From: Gammaproteobacteria bacterium
GTDB taxonomy: Bacteria > Pseudomonadota > Gammaproteobacteria > Arenicellales > JAJDZL01
Reading direction: 5' to 3'
DNA: 64,000 bases
NCBI GenBank assembly: GCA_022823625.1
Contig: JAJEHQ010000036.1
Coordinates: 1,032 to 65,031 of the forward strand
Position 1 is the first letter of the stretch. Every line of letters begins with the position of its first letter. The translations under genes and the position numbers were made by a program. The notes beneath the pieces are model-generated. The model searched no databases, had not been told where the DNA came from, and saw nothing but the letters and a program-made list of their open reading frames with translations. Of this stretch, positions 10,612 through 20,245 are shown piece by piece.

Positions 10612-10714
10612 TTGTCTGACCAAGAGTTGTACTGACAACTCTTCATCGAAGTAACTGATCAGAGTTGTCGAACAGCTAATCTGTTGTGACAAACGACTTA
10701 ATGGGAGGCTTTCA

Positions 10715-11107
10715 ATGTCTGACGAAAAAACTGATCGACGCCAGGACGAGATATTTGACCAGGCAACGATTGAGAGAAGACTGGCAGAAGAACTGCCACA
10801 CTGGTACTACGAGAACGGTTGGATTCGCCGCAAGTACCGTACGATGGGCTGGAAGGGGACATTGATGGTGATCAACGCGGTTGGGCATCTCGCTGAAGCG
10901 GCGTGGCATCATCCCGATATTACTGCCTCATATGCTTTTGTCATTGTGAAGTTGATGAATCACGCAGCAAAAGGTGTTACTGAAAAGGACTTTGAACTTG
11001 CAAAAAAAATAGAGGAAATGGTCCATTGGCAGCCAGGTCTTGATAACAGCGCACTGGAAGGAACGCCGACGGACCAAAGATTTCGGTACATTCGCTACGA
11101 TTCGTAA
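10715..11107 (+). CDS. Pterin-4a-carbinolamine dehydratase family protein
   Basis: AEAAWHHPDI and NHAAKGVTEKDFELAKKIE; RBS GGGAGG. Confidence 0.9.
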   Translation: MSDEKTDRRQDEIFDQATIERRLAEELPHWYYENGWIRRKYRTMGWKGTLMVINAVGHLAEAAWHHPDITASYAFVIVKLMNHAAKGVTEKDFELAKKIEEMVHWQPGLDNSALEGTPTDQRFRYIRYDS

Positions 11108-11138
11108 CTGATATCAGACTGAATAAGTTCGCCGATTG

Positions 11139-12467
11139 ATGAAGCAGCGTACTGACGTCTTACTCAGTTTGGGATCAAATTTTGGTGATCGAAAAACCCA
11201 TCTAAACACTGGACTTGATCGTCTAGCGCGCGCCGGTTGCTTGATTCAACAGATATCCCCAATCGTTGAATCACCAGCGCAACTACCACCTCAGTCACCT
11301 TCTGAATGGAATCGGCCATTTTTGAATCTGGTCGCCATTGGTGAAACGGTCAAAGATTTTGATGCATTCCAGCGCGACGCTAAAGCAATTCAACTGGAGT
11401 ACAGCAAGCCGGGAATGAGCAAGTGGAGTCCGCGCGAACTGGACATTGATATCATTCACTGGGGGAAAAAAGCACCTCCAAATCAACAGTTAACAGCGGG
11501 AGTTCTGTCAGTTTTCACTCGTCCTTATGTGCTAACACCGCTTTTGCATATCGCACCAAGCTGGCCGGTTACAGATCAGGGTGATGTTACTGCGTTTGAA
11601 CTTAGCGTTCGTTCAACAATTGAACTTCACATTCCAATTTGGATGGGAATCCTCAATGTTACGCCCGATTCATTTTCTGACGGTGGTCGATACGAGACGC
11701 CCGAAAGTGTAAGAGCACAGGCAGATCACATGATCCAGAATGGAGTGAACATTATTGATATTGGAGCGGAGTCGACTCGACCCAATGCAACGGCTTTGAG
11801 CGATGATGAAGAATGGAAGAGGCTGCTACCAGCCATTAAACAGGTAAAAGAAAGTTGTGCGAACACTTTCCTTGCGCCAGAAATCAGTGTGGATACCTAT
11901 CATCCAGTGAATGCTGAAAGATCCCTGAATCAAGGCATTGATATCATCAATGACGTTAGTGGTCTGCGCGACGATCATATGCTTGCACTTGCTAGGGAAA
12001 GTGGCAAGACTTTTATCGCGATGCATAGCATTACCGTACCTGTTGATCCGAAAATCAGTATTGGTGCCCGGGAGGATGCCTGTCGAGTCTTCGAGACGTG
12101 GGTGGATGAAAGTCGCCGCCTGTGGGAAAACAAAGGACTCGATCTTGACAAAATTGTAATTGACCCCGGAATCGGATTTGGCAAGAGCAGTCTTCAGGCA
12201 CTGGATCTAATGCGATCGGTTAAGCGTCTGCGAAAGTCTGGGCATCGGGTGCTAATTGGTCACTCAAGAAAACGCTTTCTGAAAGCGTTCTCGAATCTGG
12301 AAAGTTCGGAACTTGATTTAGAAACGATTGGCGCTTCACTCAATCTTTGCGCACAGTCCGTTGACATTTTGCGTGTTCACGATGTAGAGGCTCATACCAG
12401 AGCTTATTTGAGTTGGGCACATCTACTCGACAATACGGAGGTGGACAAATCCGAATCTGTGGTCTAA
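11139..12467 (+). CDS. Fused HPPK (FolK)-dihydropteroate synthase (FolP)
   Basis: N-terminal LSLGSNFG, PFLN, PRELDIDII (HPPK); C-terminal MGILNVTPDSFSDGG, IDIGAESTRP, SVDTY, INDVSG, DPGIGFGK, GHSRKRF, LRVHDV (DHPS). Confidence 0.9.
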   Translation: MKQRTDVLLSLGSNFGDRKTHLNTGLDRLARAGCLIQQISPIVESPAQLPPQSPSEWNRPFLNLVAIGETVKDFDAFQRDAKAIQLEYSKPGMSKWSPRELDIDIIHWGKKAPPNQQLTAGVLSVFTRPYVLTPLLHIAPSWPVTDQGDVTAFELSVRSTIELHIPIWMGILNVTPDSFSDGGRYETPESVRAQADHMIQNGVNIIDIGAESTRPNATALSDDEEWKRLLPAIKQVKESCANTFLAPEISVDTYHPVNAERSLNQGIDIINDVSGLRDDHMLALARESGKTFIAMHSITVPVDPKISIGAREDACRVFETWVDESRRLWENKGLDLDKIVIDPGIGFGKSSLQALDLMRSVKRLRKSGHRVLIGHSRKRFLKAFSNLESSELDLETIGASLNLCAQSVDILRVHDVEAHTRAYLSWAHLLDNTEVDKSESVV

Positions 12468-13033
12468 TTTAATTTCGCGGGGTGACTACAAAATTCATCA
12501 ATTGCGTCGGTCAGCCACTGCCAGGCTTCAAGTTCCCGCGGTCCTGCAGTTTTATCAATTGCAATTTGAAGATACGCCAATTCGGCATTAATCTTGTCTT
12601 CCGGCAGCATGTGCAATCGACTTACGAGTATTGCTGATTCAATTACAGCGGCTTGTGCGCGGTTAAACCCCGGAAAGGGCTTGGTGGATGAGCGGTGTAC
12701 CTGCGATAGATAAACCTTTGGTCTAAGCTCATCATCGACAACTCTCTTTACTTCGAGTTCCTGATGGTTGATAGCAGCTTCCAGCACCCGGCCTTTTGCG
12801 TGTGTGGCGGGTCGAGTTGGCCAATTTGTTCGCCCAGTAATGCATCCGGCATAGACTCTAACATCATCGGTGATGTTGACAACCGCTGTACCGGTGACTT
12901 CGAGATTGTGCAGTGTCTGTGACGGTTTAAATGGTGCGATCACTACAAAATCATCAATGTATCGAATGCCCATCGGGGCGATATGTACAACGTCGTGTTC
13001 ATCGACAGTTGAAACAATTACTTCGAATATCAC
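12464..13033 (-). CDS. DUF447 family protein (orf22-like, methanopterin/methanofuran cluster)
   Basis: IFEVIVST, HIAPMGI, APFKPSQTLHNL, GFNRAQAAVIE, YLQIAIDKTAG. Confidence 0.85.
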   Translation of the reverse strand: MIFEVIVSTVDEHDVVHIAPMGIRYIDDFVVIAPFKPSQTLHNLEVTGTAVVNITDDVRVYAGCITGRTNWPTRPATHAKGRVLEAAINHQELEVKRVVDDELRPKVYLSQVHRSSTKPFPGFNRAQAAVIESAILVSRLHMLPEDKINAELAYLQIAIDKTAGPRELEAWQWLTDAIDEFCSHPAKLN

Positions 13034-13035
13034 AG

Positions 13036-14433
13036 TCAGTTTTCGCGTTCAATCTTTGGTTTTAGCGTACTGCCAGTTTCCTTATACTGGTCAGTCGACG
13101 GTTCTTCAGAGTGTAGGCAACCCCACTTGAGTTGTTGGTCTTGAACATAGCGCTTTCCAAGCTGCCAGGCAATTTGCGCTTTGGTCAGTTCGGCGCCGAG
13201 ATAGAATGCATGCCCCACATCTTCTTTCACGTCGATATGTGGGTATAGTTTGTAGGGATCAGTCGCTTCAAACAGCCCGTCCCGGTTGAAAATATGGATG
13301 CCTTCATCACTCACTTGAATTCTGAAACTGGGATCTTTTATCAAGGTGGAAAAATCTCGAATTTCATCCGCTGTGGAGGGGTTGGGTTTTTTGTCGTGCA
13401 GCGCCAGCAAGTCATCGCTGTAATTTCGAGGCAAGCTGGAATCAGATTTGGCAGCATGCATCACGCGTCTCGCGCGATCTGTCTCTTTGATAACAGTTCG
13501 AGCATGTTGACTGACCTGAGTTGTCAGCACTGCGCTGACATCAAGTTCTGAAACAATGCCCATCATGATAGCGGTGATGCCAAGCGTGTCTGCATCGGTG
13601 AGCTCAGTGATGTTGCCAGTACCCATCATGATTTCTACATCAGGGTATCGATGTTGAAGCTCAAAATAGTTTGAAATTGACTCAGTAAATCCAAAGTGTA
13701 TCGGATTCAAGATCGCATCGGCAAGAAACGGTTGTTCCAATTTTTGCATGGCTTCGATTGCCCGATAAAGTGACTTCTGACCCTTGTCAGCGGCTGGAAT
13801 CAATACAGGGGTGCTTGCAACTTCATTTGCAATCCAAAGTGTATCTTCGGTAAGGCTGAGTAAAAAATCAGCTCCCGTCTTACCCCCGCGAAGCAGGTCG
13901 CTGCTTTCGAGTGAGTCGATGCTGGTTTTAAATCCAGTTTCGAGTAGAGCCTGAACAGCCTCTTCCAGATGTGGAAAATCCTGGCCTGGCAGACATCCTA
14001 AATCGATGACATCCGCGCCACAACTACGATAGTCTTCTGCGAGCGAAATAATGCTTTCTGTGGTTCGATTCGGGGCATCGACAATCTCAGCGAATATTTG
14101 CACCGTGTATTCATTGAGATTGGCGGACCGAGCGGGTGAGCCAAAAAATTCCGGCAAGTCCTTCAGGTCGTTGGGACCTCGTACCACCCTGATTCCAAAA
14201 TGATCACCGAGATCATTGACATCACCCACACACAGCCCCGGCAGCATGACCTGGTCAAAATCTCCGGAAATTTTCAAGCGTCGCTTGACCATCGCAGTTG
14301 TAGCAAGAGCCGCGACACTCACGCCGATTTGGTGAATTTCATAGGAGAAGTCTTTCGGTTCAATTCGATCCAGAGTTCGCTGCAGGCTTGCTTCCGCCAG
14401 CCGACCCGTTATGAACAAGATTCGTTCAGACAT
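13036..14433 (-). CDS. Pterin-binding DHPS-like protein (orf20-like, DUF6513 N-terminus), methanopterin biosynthesis
   Basis: ILFITGRLAE, RGPNDLKDLP, IFAEIVDAP, GADVIDLGCLP, MMGTGNITELTDAD, HAFYLGAEL...LGKRYVQD. Confidence 0.82.
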   Translation of the reverse strand: MSERILFITGRLAEASLQRTLDRIEPKDFSYEIHQIGVSVAALATTAMVKRRLKISGDFDQVMLPGLCVGDVNDLGDHFGIRVVRGPNDLKDLPEFFGSPARSANLNEYTVQIFAEIVDAPNRTTESIISLAEDYRSCGADVIDLGCLPGQDFPHLEEAVQALLETGFKTSIDSLESSDLLRGGKTGADFLLSLTEDTLWIANEVASTPVLIPAADKGQKSLYRAIEAMQKLEQPFLADAILNPIHFGFTESISNYFELQHRYPDVEIMMGTGNITELTDADTLGITAIMMGIVSELDVSAVLTTQVSQHARTVIKETDRARRVMHAAKSDSSLPRNYSDDLLALHDKKPNPSTADEIRDFSTLIKDPSFRIQVSDEGIHIFNRDGLFEATDPYKLYPHIDVKEDVGHAFYLGAELTKAQIAWQLGKRYVQDQQLKWGCLHSEEPSTDQYKETGSTLKPKIEREN

Positions 14434-14969
14434 TTGATACGGTTAAGCACGGCACTTTTGAGCTCATCCATGTTTGTAGTCAGGGTGGTGGATTCGAATT
14501 CGCCGATCTTTCTCGAACATTCAAGATCGATCTCACGCGGATAGACAGTGACCATTTGCCCTGGTGCGGGGGTTATCACGACCGGTTTGGTATCGCATGC
14601 GTAAACGATGATGGGAATTTGGCACTTGCCAGCCTGGGCGAAAACATTAGTAACCAGTGTGTCTGAAATTCCTGCGACGCATTTTGCAACTGTGTTTGAT
14701 GTCGCTGGAGCAACCACCAGAGTGTGGTAGTTATTTTCATAGAACTGCCCCACAGGAACAGCGCTGGCAGTCGAATCTCGAAACATGCGTATCTTGGCGC
14801 GGCGCAATCGTTCAGTGTACTTGTACATAACCAGTACTTCTTCAACTGCCCGGCTAAGAAAAACATCGACGTCTTCTAACCCCATCAGAAACTCCAGGCA
14901 CTCTTCAAGGTCGTGGCCGGATCCGGTCAGAGCCCAGGCGAATCTTATTTTCTTGTGTTTGCGAGGCAT
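14409..14969 (-). CDS. Archaeal-type flavoprotein AfpA/DmrB-like (dihydromethanopterin reductase candidate)
   Basis: FAWALTGSGH, VVAPATSNTVAKCVAGISDTLVTNVFAQAGK, YPREIDLE. Confidence 0.85.
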   Translation of the reverse strand: MPRKHKKIRFAWALTGSGHDLEECLEFLMGLEDVDVFLSRAVEEVLVMYKYTERLRRAKIRMFRDSTASAVPVGQFYENNYHTLVVAPATSNTVAKCVAGISDTLVTNVFAQAGKCQIPIIVYACDTKPVVITPAPGQMVTVYPREIDLECSRKIGEFESTTLTTNMDELKSAVLNRIKCLNESCS

Positions 14970-15004
14970 CACTTAGATTGGAGAGTACGAGAGTACCTGC
15001 AGCC

Positions 15005-16414
15005 TTAATTCGCTCTCCACCGCAGTTCGTTGCTGACTACTCGAATCTTCTCCCGCGCAATCGAGACCGTGTAAAAATCACTCGAGTTTTGTTCAGCATA
15101 CTTCAATTGACCCAAAGCGATTTTCAGATCGCCAATTTTAAAATGATAGTCCGCATCAGCAAGGTAGGCTTCTCCGATCGAGCCTGACTCGGCCGCAGTT
15201 TTAGCATTGAGCTTTACAAGCTGAATGTGTTCGATATTTGTCAGAATGTGCTTTCTCAGGTATCGGTTGGCTTGCTCCGCGTGACCGGATTCAAGCATTG
15301 CCTTTGTATAAATCTCAATGACTGCCGGATGAGGACGTTCCTGTGCTGCCGATGGTTCCAACATCGAAATGGTCAATTGTGGGTTGTCATTCAATGTCAT
15401 TTCTGCCTGCGCGAGCAAAACCCACAAATTATCGGGCTGAAGCAGAGCCATCTCAGATAATTCCTTCTGTGCCTTTGCCAAGTTGCCGTCTCTAGCAAGC
15501 GAAAGTGCGTAGCCATATCGATTGGCTGACTGCTCGTCTTCAGTCCCATTTGTCAAGTTCTTCTCAAAGTGCAAATAAGTCTTACCGGACTGCCAGTTGA
15601 ATAAAACCCGGTTTCGAGCTTTAAAGTACAGAAAATCGGATGTCAGATCTGGAAACGGTCGATTGGAGTACTGCCGAAGTCTCGAGCTGATTGCGGCGAT
15701 TCGCTGCGGTGTAACGGGGTGAGTATTGTGGATATTCGATTCAATTACACCTCGCTGTCGCTTTTCACGCTCAAGTGCCACCATAAAGTCCCTGGCATAA
15801 TTTGGATCGTAGCCAGAGTTAGCCATCATTCTAACCGCAACATTATCAGCTTCGCGCTCGTAAGCGAGTGTGTGTGCAATTATGGAATCAACTCGAGCAG
15901 CTTGTGAACCGATAATTGCCGCAATTCCGGCATCGCCACCGATCAGCAGACCTGCGAGCACTGCGAGAATTGACGGCGCCTGTGTTGATTCATAAGCCCC
16001 TAGCAGACGTTCTAAGTGGTTTTGCTTGAAGTGTGCGAGTTCGTGAGCCATGACCGAGACCAACTCTGCTTCGTTACTTGCCAATTCAATTAACCCGGAG
16101 TTTAAGAAAAAGGTTGAGCCAGGTCCGGCAAACGCATTGACTTCAGGATCCTTGACCACATAATAATGAAGAAGATCAATGTCTATCTCTCCGCCTTCAA
16201 CCAGTTTTTTCGCGATGTCTATGACGAATGCATTGATCTGCAGGTCATCGGAAAGCTGCTTTGTTTCGCGAACGATGCTAAGGAACTGCCTGGCCTGACG
16301 CTGTAGACTTTCAGTGGCGACCGGATTTGCTGCGTATGCAGAAGAATCCAACTCAATGCCCGGTAACAAAAGGGCAAACGTCAGCAAGAGGCTGAGAATT
16401 TTGATCTTTTTCAT
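15005..16414 (-). CDS. bepA: M48 metalloprotease with TPR region (BepA/YfgC-like)
   Basis: Signal peptide, VNAFA, AHELAH zinc motif, EREAD, THP; start could be as far upstream as 16456. Confidence 0.8.
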   Translation of the reverse strand: MKKIKILSLLLTFALLLPGIELDSSAYAANPVATESLQRQARQFLSIVRETKQLSDDLQINAFVIDIAKKLVEGGEIDIDLLHYYVVKDPEVNAFAGPGSTFFLNSGLIELASNEAELVSVMAHELAHFKQNHLERLLGAYESTQAPSILAVLAGLLIGGDAGIAAIIGSQAARVDSIIAHTLAYEREADNVAVRMMANSGYDPNYARDFMVALEREKRQRGVIESNIHNTHPVTPQRIAAISSRLRQYSNRPFPDLTSDFLYFKARNRVLFNWQSGKTYLHFEKNLTNGTEDEQSANRYGYALSLARDGNLAKAQKELSEMALLQPDNLWVLLAQAEMTLNDNPQLTISMLEPSAAQERPHPAVIEIYTKAMLESGHAEQANRYLRKHILTNIEHIQLVKLNAKTAAESGSIGEAYLADADYHFKIGDLKIALGQLKYAEQNSSDFYTVSIAREKIRVVSNELRWRAN

Positions 16415-16835
16415 GCGGTTAATCATTATGAATCTGTCTTCAAAATGTCTGATCATTGAGTCAGAGAGTATATGAGTGGATATGTTCCACTAGCGTTTCG
16501 AATTTTAACAGCAAGCTAAATCCCACCTGCTCCATTATGGAGAAATCGCTAACAGAACCCGTGGTGTGAGAGGTTTGTTTGAGACCGGTTCAATTCGAGA
16601 ATATTGATTGACGAATCGCATGTCCGGTTTGATCTTCTTTTGGGGTTATATACTTGACAAATCCATTTAATTGAATTCAGATGTCCTGAAAATATTTATG
16701 TGAATCGTTGAGTCTGATCTGGACAACATATTCATTTCATTGCCATATATTTTGAATTTTTCTGCAACCGGTTGAGTTGCCGATCTTAAACTGGCCTGGC
16801 TGCCGTATGTTTCTCAGAATTAAGTGGCGGAATTC

Positions 16836-17906
16836 TCAATTGTTCGATAGCTGATTCAGAAACTTGAAGGTGTCATCTGATGCCCGTTTTGACTTCGCAA
16901 TCGACAATGGTGTGTGGCCATCACTATTTCTAGCTCTGATGTCTGCACCTTTCTCAACCAGGAAATTGAGTACAACATTTTTTCCGTCTCTGCTACAGCA
17001 GGTCCCATGCGGTATGAAGACACCAGGCGGTGCTTCCAGCGAATCGTCAGCGATGGCAATATGAAGCGGTGTGTTGCCAGCCGCATCTTTGCAATCAATC
17101 TGCGCACCTTGTTCCACGAGAAGTTCTGCAGTTTCCTTGGAATTGAACCACGCTGCCAGGTGCAACGGTGATGCTCCGGAATGGTTTTTCGCATTGACGT
17201 CAGCGCCGTACTCTAGCAGAACTTCCGCAACATCGTGCATGTTGGTTGCTGCTGCGAGGTGTAGCGATGTATGACCACCACCATCGCAGATATTTACACT
17301 GGCACCTTCCTCAAGCATTGCTTTCGCAGCTGCGGCCGGGTCTCCCAGTTTCATCGCATATCTTGAGGAGAATCCGCCAAGAAAAATCGCAACCCGAGGA
17401 CCTGCTTCATACATCGACAGCCAGTGAAGCATTGTCCGTGACTCTCGGTCTTTGCCATCCACATCAAAGCCATTGCGAAGCAGTGCATGCAGCGATTTTC
17501 TCGAATCTGCACACAACGCACAATGAACCGGATTTAGGTCGGGATAGGCTGCCGGATCGAAAGCTGCACCATGTTCAAACAGCAGTTTCATAATGTCGAC
17601 TGAATTCAAGCTTGCAGCTATATGCAAGGGTGTCAGTTCTCGGACACCCCAGAAATTGGTATCATCGAATGCGGTTCGGAATCGCTTCATCTGATCCCTA
17701 AAATGTTTTGGTGGCTCAGCGAATTGGTTGAATTCATTTGATGCAACAGCCTGAGGATCAGCACCAAGAGACAAAAGGTGTGCTACAGCATCGGTATTTT
17801 TGTCAATGATGGCCCAATGTAAATGAGTGAAACCAAATTGGTCGCGACTTTCAGCATCAGGTTTTGCACCGAGCTTTTCGTAAAACGCATTCAACTGTTC
17901 ATCCAT
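16836..17906 (-). CDS. Ankyrin-repeat protein
   Basis: About 8 ANK cores (GFTHLHWA, TPLHIAA, NPVHCAL, TMLHWLS, TSLHLAA, SPLHLAA, TPLHIAI, TPLSIA) with GADVN-type linkers. Confidence 0.92.
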   Translation of the reverse strand: MDEQLNAFYEKLGAKPDAESRDQFGFTHLHWAIIDKNTDAVAHLLSLGADPQAVASNEFNQFAEPPKHFRDQMKRFRTAFDDTNFWGVRELTPLHIAASLNSVDIMKLLFEHGAAFDPAAYPDLNPVHCALCADSRKSLHALLRNGFDVDGKDRESRTMLHWLSMYEAGPRVAIFLGGFSSRYAMKLGDPAAAAKAMLEEGASVNICDGGGHTSLHLAAATNMHDVAEVLLEYGADVNAKNHSGASPLHLAAWFNSKETAELLVEQGAQIDCKDAAGNTPLHIAIADDSLEAPPGVFIPHGTCCSRDGKNVVLNFLVEKGADIRARNSDGHTPLSIAKSKRASDDTFKFLNQLSNN

Positions 17907-18305
17907 TTCTCAAGACTCTTCGTTGAAGATAGATTCGACATTTAACTCAAATTCGTCTTAAAAAATTTGACAGGTTGAATTAAATGTTATTGTAAGTCCT
18001 TTCTTATGATGTCAAAATGGCTTAAATGCCAATTCATCAAGTGTTTCAATCTGCAAGAGTAGGTTTGCACTTTTGAGAAAACAATTTCGATAATCAACAA
18101 TTTAGTCATAGCGAATTTACAGTAGTTGCGGCCCGAATTTGCATTCGGATTAACCAGATCATATCGATGATTCTCGGGCCTCGATGTGGCAGGTTAAAGC
18201 TGCAGCAGTCAGCGTATTTCTGGCGTTTGTCTCCCTGTCCAAACTGCTGTGGGCGAAGTTTGGACTGGTCACCTTTATGTCGTCCAGTTTCTGGACAGCC
18301 TTTAT

Positions 18306-18911
18306 CTAACCAATATTCAATTTTTCTGAAATACTCTCGATAATCTGATCACTTGTTTCGTCTGGTGAAAAGTGAGTCACGTACTTTCCATTCGGCCCGA
18401 TCAGATAAAGATAGGAGCTGTGATTGACCGTGTAGTCTGCTCCTTCGGTGGGTGAGTATGAGAAATAACTTCCATAGGAATAGACTAGGTCAGTGAGCTG
18501 TTCAATTGTGCCAGTCAGCCCTTCAAAACGTTCATGAAAGTGCGAGATATAGCTATGGATTGCTTCTGGCGTATCTCGATCTGGATCAACAGAGACAAAG
18601 AGTGGAGTGATTTGTCGGGCTCTTTTAGCGTTGACTTCTTCCAGTCGATTCAAAATACTGGTCATTTGCAGGAGCGTTCCGGGGCAGGTAGCTGGACAAT
18701 TGGTAAAACCGAAGTACATCAAAAGGTATCGCCCATGAAAGAATTCATCGGTCACTACTTTCCCGGTATGATGGGTTAGCTCAAATGGTCCTCCGATCTG
18801 AATTTCTTCAGGATCATTACTGGTGAGCAGTAGGTACGAAACCGCACCAATTACACTTAAACTAACCACACAAGTCAGCCCAAGCAGAAAAATTTTAAAT
18901 TTTTTTGACAT
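18306..18911 (-). CDS. SCO1/SenC copper chaperone
   Basis: N-terminal TM, FGFTNCPATCP (CxxxC), SVDPDRDT, conserved His in VNHS. Confidence 0.93.
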   Translation of the reverse strand: MSKKFKIFLLGLTCVVSLSVIGAVSYLLLTSNDPEEIQIGGPFELTHHTGKVVTDEFFHGRYLLMYFGFTNCPATCPGTLLQMTSILNRLEEVNAKRARQITPLFVSVDPDRDTPEAIHSYISHFHERFEGLTGTIEQLTDLVYSYGSYFSYSPTEGADYTVNHSSYLYLIGPNGKYVTHFSPDETSDQIIESISEKLNIG

Positions 18912-18962
18912 GATTCTTCAATTTTACCGATTGATTGAAGTGGCCCAACCGACTATTTGCTC

Positions 18963-19481
18963 TTACTCACAAACCAATCTGTACTGCATCGGAGTGTCCG
19001 AAAGTTCTCTGACAGTCACTTCCATTTCAATCGTTCCTGATTTTTCAAACTCAAGTTCCAATCTCAACTCAGAATTCGGTGTCAGAGGTATTTGCAAGCC
19101 CATCAGCATTACATGAAGCCCATGCTGCTTGAGTTCCAGCGGCGAATCAGAGGTGAACATCAGCCTCTCAGCTTCAGCCTCCTCCATCATCATAATTCCA
19201 TCTTTATTCACAATGTCGTGAATTTCCACACGCATCGCCTGTGGCGAATGAGCACGGACTAGTCGATCCGAAAATCCTTTCTGAGCTGAGATTGCCAGAA
19301 AAACAGCCCCGACTTTTTTGCCCAGTGACTCAAATGACCAGGGCGATTCAACGCAGATCGATCCCATTTGATAGACCTTGGATTCATCTTTTTCTGCATC
19401 CGAATTACTTGCGTGTAGTGATTGATTTCCGATGATGGCTGCTAAAACAACAATCAATCCATATCCAGCAAATATTCGCAT
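18963..19481 (-). CDS. PCu(A)C copper chaperone
   Basis: EIH...MMM...GLHVMLMGL copper motif and signal-like N-terminus; the ORF is open upstream to 19538. Confidence 0.88.
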   Translation of the reverse strand: MRIFAGYGLIVVLAAIIGNQSLHASNSDAEKDESKVYQMGSICVESPWSFESLGKKVGAVFLAISAQKGFSDRLVRAHSPQAMRVEIHDIVNKDGIMMMEEAEAERLMFTSDSPLELKQHGLHVMLMGLQIPLTPNSELRLELEFEKSGTIEMEVTVRELSDTPMQYRLVCE

Positions 19482-19534
19482 TCTATTTTCCGAATTTGCG
19501 ACTGGTTGTGTACCTAAGGCACTTTCACTTCTCA

Positions 19535-19819
19535 TCAACCAGGTAAAATCTGGTTGATCCTTTCTCTAGAATGCTGTACTTTCCCAAAATTTCCATGCTT
19601 TGGCAAACGTCCAACATAAGCGGTGATTTGACCTCCAGAACAATCCTGCTGCGATTGTGATATTTCTTGCTGCTGCTCAATCGCTTCATCGATAATCTTT
19701 TCAACGTAATCAAATTTTACATAGACTATGTCGTCATGGTGTTTTTCATCATTGAACTCATAGTATGGTTTATCCTGATTCAGGGTATTTCCTGTCAAGT
19801 CAAGTTCAAAAATTCCCAT
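19535..19819 (-). CDS. Hypothetical protein, 94 aa
   Basis: ATG-initiated ORF filling the PCuAC-dsrE gap; no recognisable motif and only 11 bp from the dsrE start. Confidence 0.35.
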   Translation of the reverse strand: MGIFELDLTGNTLNQDKPYYEFNDEKHHDDIVYVKFDYVEKIIDEAIEQQQEISQSQQDCSGGQITAYVGRLPKHGNFGKVQHSRERINQILPG

Positions 19820-19830
19820 ATTTTCAAGCT

Positions 19831-20223
19831 ATGAAGTTCAATATTCTGGTCACCGAAGCACCTTATACACATCAGGCATCTGACACGGCTTACCAGTTTG
19901 CCAGGGCGGCAATAGACAGTGGTCATGAAGTCAGTCGCGTGTTCTTTTATCATGACGGTGTTCACAATGCAACCCGCCTGAGTAGCCCGCCGGTAGATGA
20001 TCGGAATGTGATTGATCGCTGGGTACAATTGGCTGAGAACCATAGTGTAGACCTGGCGATATGCATTGCGGCATCGCTGCGACGGGGCGTGCTGAGTGAA
20101 GAATCAGCGCAGCAAAGTGGCAAGACAGGGACCAACCTGGACGAACATTTCAAGGTCGCAGGATTCGGACATTTCATTGAAGGTTCGATTATTGCCGATC
20201 GTACCATTGTGTTCGGGGATTGA
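19831..20223 (+). CDS. dsrE: Sulfurtransferase DsrE (TusD family)
   Basis: RVFFYHDGV; active Cys in ICIAASLRRG. Confidence 0.9.
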   Translation: MKFNILVTEAPYTHQASDTAYQFARAAIDSGHEVSRVFFYHDGVHNATRLSSPPVDDRNVIDRWVQLAENHSVDLAICIAASLRRGVLSEESAQQSGKTGTNLDEHFKVAGFGHFIEGSIIADRTIVFGD

Positions 20224-20245
20224 ACATTACGCAGCGGTACACTTG

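Noticed and set aside
16642-16660. GGGGTTATATACTTGACAA, loosely like the IS1595 end
   Set aside because: Short, poorly matching and with no partner repeat; could simply be a -35 box.
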